Shown here piece after piece: positions 58,500 to 64,000 of a stretch of DNA of 64,000 nt. Origin of the DNA: a virus (Duplodnaviria > Heunggongvirae > Uroviricota > Caudoviricetes); the IMG/VR virus record IMGVR_UViG_2639762987_000002; one strand, given 5' to 3'. Position numbers and translations under genes: made by a program. Positions within the stretch are counted from its first letter, which is position 1. The number at the start of each line of letters is the position of its first letter. Under the pieces are notes generated by a model. It searched no databases. It was not told where the DNA came from and worked only from the letters and a program-made list of their open reading frames with translations.

Positions 58500-59143
58500 T
58501 GGATTACCGGATTGGGATCACTGGTGCTCAGGGCAGTGGGAAAACAACCCTGGCTAAATATATCGACAAACATTACGGAATCCCTTACGTGGATGCTGGT
58601 GTCGGAAGTTTGATGAGCCGCCTCGGTGTTCGAGTAGGTGATTCTATGCCTCTATATGAGCGGCTTCAGATTCAAATGGAAATAGCAAAGCATATAGAGC
58701 TACTTACGCGTGGTGCTGAAGGCTTTGTTATCGATCGCACACCTGCTGATGTTATGGCCTACACGTTGGATTTGGTCGGCCATACAAATGAAGATCGGTG
58801 TATTGAGTTAGCCCTCGATATCGAAAAGTTTTGCCACAAAACTGCTATTTCAAACTTTAACGCCATTGCTGGCCTACGCCCGGGGGTCGCTCTCTCAGAG
58901 CGAGATTACTTGCGGTCACAACGAGCATCATTAGACCGTCTGTATGTCGCTCGTATTGATGCGTTGATGTGCGGGGAACTGACAAAAATTCACCTGCATC
59001 CGCAAAGGGGAGATCTGCAAACCTTCGTCGTTTCCAACCGGTATCGCACAGTTGAAGCAAGAGCCAGATCAGTGATGAGAATGCTAGATAACGCGGTAGA
59101 AAAGATAGAAAACCGGTTCTGTGGCCGAGTGACCGTTCATTAG
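58499..59143 (+). CDS. P-loop nucleotide kinase (possible dNMP kinase)
   Basis: 214 aa; Walker A GITGAQGSGKTT at N-terminus; sits in nucleotide-metabolism cluster. Confidence 0.45.
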   Translation: MDYRIGITGAQGSGKTTLAKYIDKHYGIPYVDAGVGSLMSRLGVRVGDSMPLYERLQIQMEIAKHIELLTRGAEGFVIDRTPADVMAYTLDLVGHTNEDRCIELALDIEKFCHKTAISNFNAIAGLRPGVALSERDYLRSQRASLDRLYVARIDALMCGELTKIHLHPQRGDLQTFVVSNRYRTVEARARSVMRMLDNAVEKIENRFCGRVTVH

Positions 59144-59204
59144 AAATTGTTCGCCTCTTCGACATTGCGACAATAAAACTCTCAAAATGGGTTAAGGATA
59201 AAAA

Positions 59205-59624
59205 ATGTTTAGTGAAATGTTGCTTGAAGATGAACTGGATCGGAAAACAACAGAGGCTTTGATTCGTGTAGCGGACGAACATTCCCGGTCGCTTATGAGC
59301 GATCGAGAGGCTCGTCTGGCTATTCGTGCCATATTCGAAACTGCGCAGGGGCTTGTTGGTACACAAGTGGGTGAAGCCATTAACATCGCCATGTCTCAGT
59401 TCAGTGAAGGCAGTAAAAAGTCTCTGTTTCCTATGCATTTGATGCTGGCTGGTGGCACGGTGCTTTATATCTCTGTTTGTCTGGATAGCAACCAAATCAA
59501 TATTCTCAACACTGTGTCAGGTAAGTGGAAAGATCCGATTGTCTGTGAAACCAGTGAAGAAACTTTGAAAAAAGCGGCTCAATTTGTACGTAGCGCACTA
59601 CTTAAGGGCGCTAAGAAGTTGTAA
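59205..59624 (+). CDS. Hypothetical protein
   Basis: 139 aa; helical. Confidence 0.5.
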   Translation: MFSEMLLEDELDRKTTEALIRVADEHSRSLMSDREARLAIRAIFETAQGLVGTQVGEAINIAMSQFSEGSKKSLFPMHLMLAGGTVLYISVCLDSNQINILNTVSGKWKDPIVCETSEETLKKAAQFVRSALLKGAKKL

Positions 59625-59633
59625 GGAGTTCTG

Positions 59634-60191
59634 ATGACAACGATTGTTGCAGGCATCGATATCGAGTCTACGGGACTGGATTTCCTTGCTGGTCATAAAA
59701 TTATTGAAATCGCAATTACCCGCTATGAACTGGAGACACAGAGACATATTGATAGTCTGGAGATGCGTTTTAACCCTCGCAGAAACATAGATCCGAAAGC
59801 TCAAGCCGTTCATGGCATTTCATTGGAACAGCTCGCAGCTGAACCTTTGTTGTCAAATCATGCCAGCGAAATTGGCGCTTATATGGGGGCATGTAGTGTG
59901 TGGGTTGCTCATAACGGCGAAGCATTTGATATACCATTTATTCGACACGAGTTTTCAGGGTATGGAGTAAGACTGCCAGAAGTTCCTGTTATAGATACTA
60001 TGTTATCGGGATTGTGGGCCACAGAAGACGGCAAACGTCCCCGCCTTGAAGAGTTGGCCTTCTCTCTTGGCTATATATACGATCATGCCAAAGCACATAG
60101 TGCCTTATATGACACAAACTTAATGATGCAATGCTTCTTTAAGGCACGTAATAAGTACGGATTTTTTAAATTACCCTCTGAAATTGTGTAA
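59634..60191 (+). CDS. DnaQ-like 3'-5' exonuclease (DEDDh)
   Basis: 185 aa; Exo I GIDIESTGL, Exo II HNGEAFD, Exo III HSALYDT. Confidence 0.75.
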   Translation: MTTIVAGIDIESTGLDFLAGHKIIEIAITRYELETQRHIDSLEMRFNPRRNIDPKAQAVHGISLEQLAAEPLLSNHASEIGAYMGACSVWVAHNGEAFDIPFIRHEFSGYGVRLPEVPVIDTMLSGLWATEDGKRPRLEELAFSLGYIYDHAKAHSALYDTNLMMQCFFKARNKYGFFKLPSEIV

Positions 60192-60195
60192 AACA

Positions 60196-60233
60196 AAAGC
60201 CTACTTTAAAAAGTTTAAAGTAGGCTTTCTTTT
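60196..60233 (+). terminator. Rho-independent terminator
   Basis: AAAGCCTACTTT-loop-AAAGTAGGCTTT followed by CTTTT. Confidence 0.8.
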
Positions 60234-60349
60234 AAAGAACAGTAGCCTTTCAATCATTTCCTGCCTGTATTTAATACTTTTCCGCCTGATAGGTTTAGTC
60301 AAAATGCAGCCATCGAAACGCAAATGTAACCAAACAGAAGGAGACTTAC

Positions 60350-61159
60350 ATGAGTTCGGTTGAAAATGTAATGACAAATGATGATCTGGACGAGCTGACA
60401 GCCATGTTGCAATCACTTGATGAACCAGTAAAAAAAGCTGCACAGGTTGAAAATACTGATGATATTGACGATCTGCTGCTCGGCCTAGATGCTGGCGTAG
60501 CCATGAGTTCTGATGATGTTGCCGAAGAACTGTTCAATGAAGAAAAAGCAGGTGATTTCAGCTCTGCTTTAAATGAGTTGGAGTTAGCGCATGAGCCTAT
60601 AAACGTAATTAACGCTGAAAGTGTTGAAGCTGCCGAAAACGAGCCAGAACAATTGGGATTTATTGAGGTTGAAGAGTGTGTTGAGGTTAATGATGAATTA
60701 AAAGTTCAACAGTCAAATGATAGCAATACAAATAAAAAAGCTCGTACTGCAAGAGGTCCTCGTTTTACTTTAAGTGATAAAGATGATTCGTTTTTCAATA
60801 AAGCGGGCTTAGAAAAAGATATTTTCTTAGACGCTTACGATAACGCGCCTGTCAAAGCAAAGGATAAGATATTAAACCTTCTTAATTGGTTTAGCGGAGG
60901 TCCAGATATTAGTGTTTACACGGTAATTTCCATGAGACACCTTCTCACAGAAAAGAAGGCTACAAGTAATAGTATTAAGATTGCTTTAATGAGCAATCCA
61001 GAAAAACCGTATCCGCTTAATACTGCGTCAACTCAGGCTGGGCAAATGATGGCTGTATTTCCAGCGACAGGAATTGCCGTTAGAGACGGTGGAAATCTAA
61101 CATTGAACGAAGAATCACCGATCGTTAAGAAGTTTGTCGCGGAGTACACTATTGGATGA
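60350..61159 (+). CDS. Hypothetical acidic protein
   Basis: 269 aa; D/E-rich N-terminal half; RBS AAGGAG. Confidence 0.5.
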   Translation: MSSVENVMTNDDLDELTAMLQSLDEPVKKAAQVENTDDIDDLLLGLDAGVAMSSDDVAEELFNEEKAGDFSSALNELELAHEPINVINAESVEAAENEPEQLGFIEVEECVEVNDELKVQQSNDSNTNKKARTARGPRFTLSDKDDSFFNKAGLEKDIFLDAYDNAPVKAKDKILNLLNWFSGGPDISVYTVISMRHLLTEKKATSNSIKIALMSNPEKPYPLNTASTQAGQMMAVFPATGIAVRDGGNLTLNEESPIVKKFVAEYTIG

Positions 61160-61342
61160 CGTTCCCCTACTTAAAATAAAGCCCATAGAGAGCTTTATAG
61201 TACTGGGTAAGCCAATCACATACCCAGCACCACAAAAACGCGCCAGAGAGCTTCTCGTTTGCATTTCTGGCGCGTTTTATTTGATTGCCAGACATAAAAT
61301 CAAATGCAAAAATAGGTATATACTTACCTATCGAGAAAGAAG

Positions 61343-61936
61343 ATGATTGCAGCCGAAAAAATCAAACAGCGAAAGCGCGACAACTCTCTTCGTGACCTCT
61401 GGAGAACACCTGACTGGCTGTTTTCTGCCATTCAACGTTATCTTGGAGTGACATTTGATGTTGACGTTGCCTGCAACAAGGACAATGCAAAGCTGCCTAA
61501 TTTCATAGGCGTTGAGCGTGATGCTTTGAAATCTGAATGGGGACAGCCAGGTACAATTGCCTTCCTCAATCCACCCTACTCCAAAATCTCCCCCTGGATT
61601 GATGCGGCTATACGTGAGCAGGCTCGCGGAGTTACAACAGTGATGCTAATTCCTCAATCCCTAGATACAAAGTGGTATGAGCGTGCAACAGAGTGTGCGA
61701 ATGAGACGATTATTCTGTCTGGTGGCCGCGTAGCGTTTGTCGAGCCTGACGTAAATCTGGGTCAGGTAGAAGTAAACATCAACCCAGGTGGCAGTATGCT
61801 CGTTGTTTTTCGAGGATTCTGTCAGGACGCTGGGCACTCTATAAGCAAGATCCCTTTGGACGTCATGAAAAGTCTGGGAGGGTATGATCCTGCGAATGTG
61901 ATCAGGAAAAAAAGACCATCAAAGAAGGCTGCTTAG
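61343..61936 (+). CDS. DNA N6-adenine methyltransferase (phage Dam-like)
   Basis: 197 aa; catalytic FLNPPYSKISPW (NPPY) motif. Confidence 0.7.
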   Translation: MIAAEKIKQRKRDNSLRDLWRTPDWLFSAIQRYLGVTFDVDVACNKDNAKLPNFIGVERDALKSEWGQPGTIAFLNPPYSKISPWIDAAIREQARGVTTVMLIPQSLDTKWYERATECANETIILSGGRVAFVEPDVNLGQVEVNINPGGSMLVVFRGFCQDAGHSISKIPLDVMKSLGGYDPANVIRKKRPSKKAA

Positions 61937-61956
61937 TTTGTTCTGGTGTCTGTAAT

Positions 61957-62015
61957 TAGCCTGCTTCTGTATATATAAATAACTACATATTAATTATTAA
62001 TATACGGAAGAAGGC
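61957..62015. promoter_or_regulatory. AT-rich element with TATAAATA core flanked by imperfect inverted repeats (copy B)
   Basis: CTGTATATATAAATAA...TATACGGAAGAAGG; paralogous to 15766-15822. Confidence 0.4.
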
Positions 62016-62121
62016 TGTTTTGTATCAGAGACTCCAGACCTGAACATCACTACAGAATCCACTAGAACCCCTTCCCAGACGCTTTAAAATCGATTTTATG
62101 AACCACTTTAAGGAAACCAAC

Positions 62122-62349
62122 ATGTCATACCCGACTAATGTCGTTGCGCTCGTAGAGAGCGATTTTCTGGCCCAGGCTCGTGAAATGATGAAAGATCGTG
62201 AGCAGGCTTTCAACTTGTACGAATGGGCAATTAAGTGCTTGCATCTTGGCGAGCATCGCGAACTTGTTGAACAGCTTTTAGGTGAGTTGATCAATGAGGT
62301 GTTTGCCTTGAATGTTCAACTACATGGTAGAGAAAATAATCAATCATAA
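62122..62349 (+). CDS. Hypothetical small protein
   Basis: 75 aa from ATG 62122 with RBS AAGGAAA (ORF track begins 62098). Confidence 0.45.
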   Translation: MSYPTNVVALVESDFLAQAREMMKDREQAFNLYEWAIKCLHLGEHRELVEQLLGELINEVFALNVQLHGRENNQS

Positions 62350-62399
62350 TGATAGATAAGTACAAACTATTCATAAAGTGAATTGTAAGTGCTAAGATC

Positions 62400-62850
62400 T
62401 GATAGTTTCCAGTCGTAGACTGGAGACTCGACCTGATGGGTGGGGGTAAGCGTCACTGGCGTCAGGTTTAAAAAAGCTCACTACCAGCGTAGAACTGGTG
62501 CCGTTTAGGTGTCGGGGAAGGGGGAACCAAAGTGAGCAGAGACAAGGGTCACTTTATGATTGTCGAGTCTGGGGTGTTTCGAGAGGTTGAATCCAGTACT
62601 CCCCTTCATAAAGTGTGGGAAGATCTCGGTTCTGGGGTGCTGTCATCCATAACTTCCCAAGTCTAAGCTGGCAGTAGACTTAGACCATAACTTTTCAGGT
62701 TATGAAACGACCAGGTTGGTGAGAGATTTTTATACTCACCTCCCTGGGAGAGTATTACCTGAAAAGACAACCTCTCACTTCGTTCGAGGTGAACTTCACT
62801 CACTTCGTTCGTTCAGTTCAGGTTTATAAAAACCTGTTCTGGGAAGTAAT
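62400..62850 (+). ncRNA. Candidate structured RNA or regulatory leader in an ORF-free region
   Basis: No ORF; complementary AGACTCGAC (62424-62432) and GTCGAGTCT (62562-62570); repeated TCTGGGGTG and CACTTCGTTCG motifs. Confidence 0.25.
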
Positions 62851-62872
62851 TTGTTTATTTTAATAATTATTA

Positions 62873-62897
62873 ACACGCACGCGTGTGCGCACGCGCG
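62873..62897. other. 25-nt strictly alternating purine-pyrimidine tract (Z-DNA-prone)
   Basis: ACACGCACGCGTGTGCGCACGCGCG containing palindromes CACGCGTG and GTGCGCAC; upstream of RNase H start. Confidence 0.6.
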
Positions 62898-62934
62898 AGG
62901 AAAAATCGGCGCGGCGCTTGATTCAGGAGTTTAT

Positions 62935-63525
62935 ATGACGACGAAGACACCAGCCCGATCGCAAGCAAAAACTCGCAAAAAAGCCAAAAACAAAAATTCC
63001 CCCCGCACCAATCCCACAACGCCTGTCGTAGAGTTCAATCCCCAGCTTAAAACCGTGAAAATCTTTAGTGATGGCTCTTGCCTTAAAAATCCGGGTGGCC
63101 CGGGCGGTTACGGTATCGTTCTCCAGTATCGTGGTGAGGAACGCGAGTTCTCAGATGGTTTTCATAGCACCACCAATAACCGCATGGAGATGATGGGGGC
63201 ACTTATCGGGCTGGAGCGTTTGAAATATCCATGCAACGTTATTTTGCACTCTGATAGCCAGTATCTGAAAAACGGCATGACACAGTGGATGAAATGGTGG
63301 AAACGCAATGGATGGATGACTTCTGACAAAAAACCGGTAAAGAATGTTGATCTGTGGAAGCGTCTGGATGAGGCCGCAAGTCGACATAATGTTCGCTGGA
63401 AGTGGGTTAAAGGCCACGCCGGGCATCGTGAGAATGAAATATGCGATCGACTCGCGAAGATCGCAGCTTTTTCAGCAGCAGATATGCCTCACAAGAAAGA
63501 TATTGGTTTTGTTTATAATAAGTAG
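62935..63525 (+). CDS. rnhA: Ribonuclease HI with basic N-terminal extension
   Basis: ATG 62935 after RBS CAGGAG (ORF track begins 62851); [48 protein letters not shown] closely match bacterial RNase HI from memory. Confidence 0.9.
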   Translation: MTTKTPARSQAKTRKKAKNKNSPRTNPTTPVVEFNPQLKTVKIFSDGSCLKNPGGPGGYGIVLQYRGEEREFSDGFHSTTNNRMEMMGALIGLERLKYPCNVILHSDSQYLKNGMTQWMKWWKRNGWMTSDKKPVKNVDLWKRLDEAASRHNVRWKWVKGHAGHRENEICDRLAKIAAFSAADMPHKKDIGFVYNK

Positions 63526-63673
63526 TAAGTAAGTGTTTACCTATCATTTTAAATCATGTATCTTATCGGCGTCAGGATGACAATGTGTCGGTAAGACACA
63601 GTTCCAGGATGGAACGAGAAAGGCGGCTGGCAATCGCCAGCCGCAACTCTTTCTGACACTGGATGGGGTCCAC

Positions 63674-63982
63674 ATGGCACGTCAAACCTATTTCACTTCT
63701 GCAACTAAACGTCCTCGTTCTTTACGTCAAATTTTGGCCGAATTATTTAGCGGTCGTGTTATGTCACGTCTTGATGAACTAGAGACTACCGTTCGGTTGC
63801 TGAATGAACGTTTAGATAATCAAGCGTCAGTTGTTGCGAACGTGGGGGCGATTGTTGCCTCTGGTTCTTCACGCGAAGCGAAAAGTACACGGCCTTTAGT
63901 GAAGGAGAAAAACAACAAGGACAGTTCGAATGGAAAATTTTCAAAGAAAGAGGCTGAAACCAATGGCCTACGTTCTCATTAG
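63674..63982 (+). CDS. Hypothetical protein
   Basis: 102 aa; preceded by GC-rich hairpin GCGGCTGGC-aatc-GCCAGCCGC at about 63623-63645. Confidence 0.45.
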   Translation: MARQTYFTSATKRPRSLRQILAELFSGRVMSRLDELETTVRLLNERLDNQASVVANVGAIVASGSSREAKSTRPLVKEKNNKDSSNGKFSKKEAETNGLRSH

Positions 63983-64000
63983 AGTTTCACTGGCGACGGT

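Noticed and set aside
58857-59495. 212-aa minus-strand ORF
   Set aside because: Overlaps the kinase-like gene and the next plus-strand gene in a uniformly plus-strand operon; likely antisense artefact
62400-62850. Retron-like msr/msd non-coding RNA
   Set aside because: No reverse transcriptase gene nearby; the downstream gene is an RNase HI, so only a generic structured-leader hypothesis is retained
1-64000. Assignment to T5-like phages
   Set aside because: Nucleotide-metabolism and SbcCD genes fit, but the tail genes are lambda-like K-I-J, the polymerase is DnaE-type and a plasmid replicon is present

Overview
This window reads as a dense, almost entirely plus-strand segment of a large tailed-phage genome that also carries plasmid-maintenance functions, i.e. 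a probable phage-plasmid. All calls are from reading the sequence and ORF track; no database search was run. From memory the gene content resembles SSU5/pHCM2-type enterobacterial phage-plasmids, but that is unverified. Order of content: lambda-like tail tip genes (gpK-, gpI-, gpJ-like) and a repeat-rich tail fibre; a small lipoprotein and a lysis cassette with overlapping spanin genes; a ParA/RHH partition cassette; a replication module (DnaB-like helicase, DnaG-like primase, ATP-dependent ligase); four tRNAs (Asn, Tyr, Thr, Ser) beside an AT-rich minus-strand membrane-protein gene; glutaredoxin, a tyrosine recombinase and a divergent XRE-type regulator; a vWA/AAA+ (CobT/CobS-like) pair; a DnaE-type polymerase; SSB, 5' nuclease and RecA-like recombinase; a P1-like iteron replicon (Rep gene flanked by 16-bp iterons, GATC cluster, DnaA-box-like site); SbcCD, RuvC-like resolvase, NrdAB, ThyA, DHFR, DnaQ-like exonuclease, Dam-like methyltransferase and RNase HI. 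Recurrent intergenic palindromes, a conserved start-codon context and about 20 uncharacterised ORFs are the main unexplained signals. No single undescribed system could be defined from sequence alone; the strongest candidates are the AT-rich membrane-protein gene beside the tRNAs, the dispersed operator-like palindromes and the vWA/AAA+ pair.
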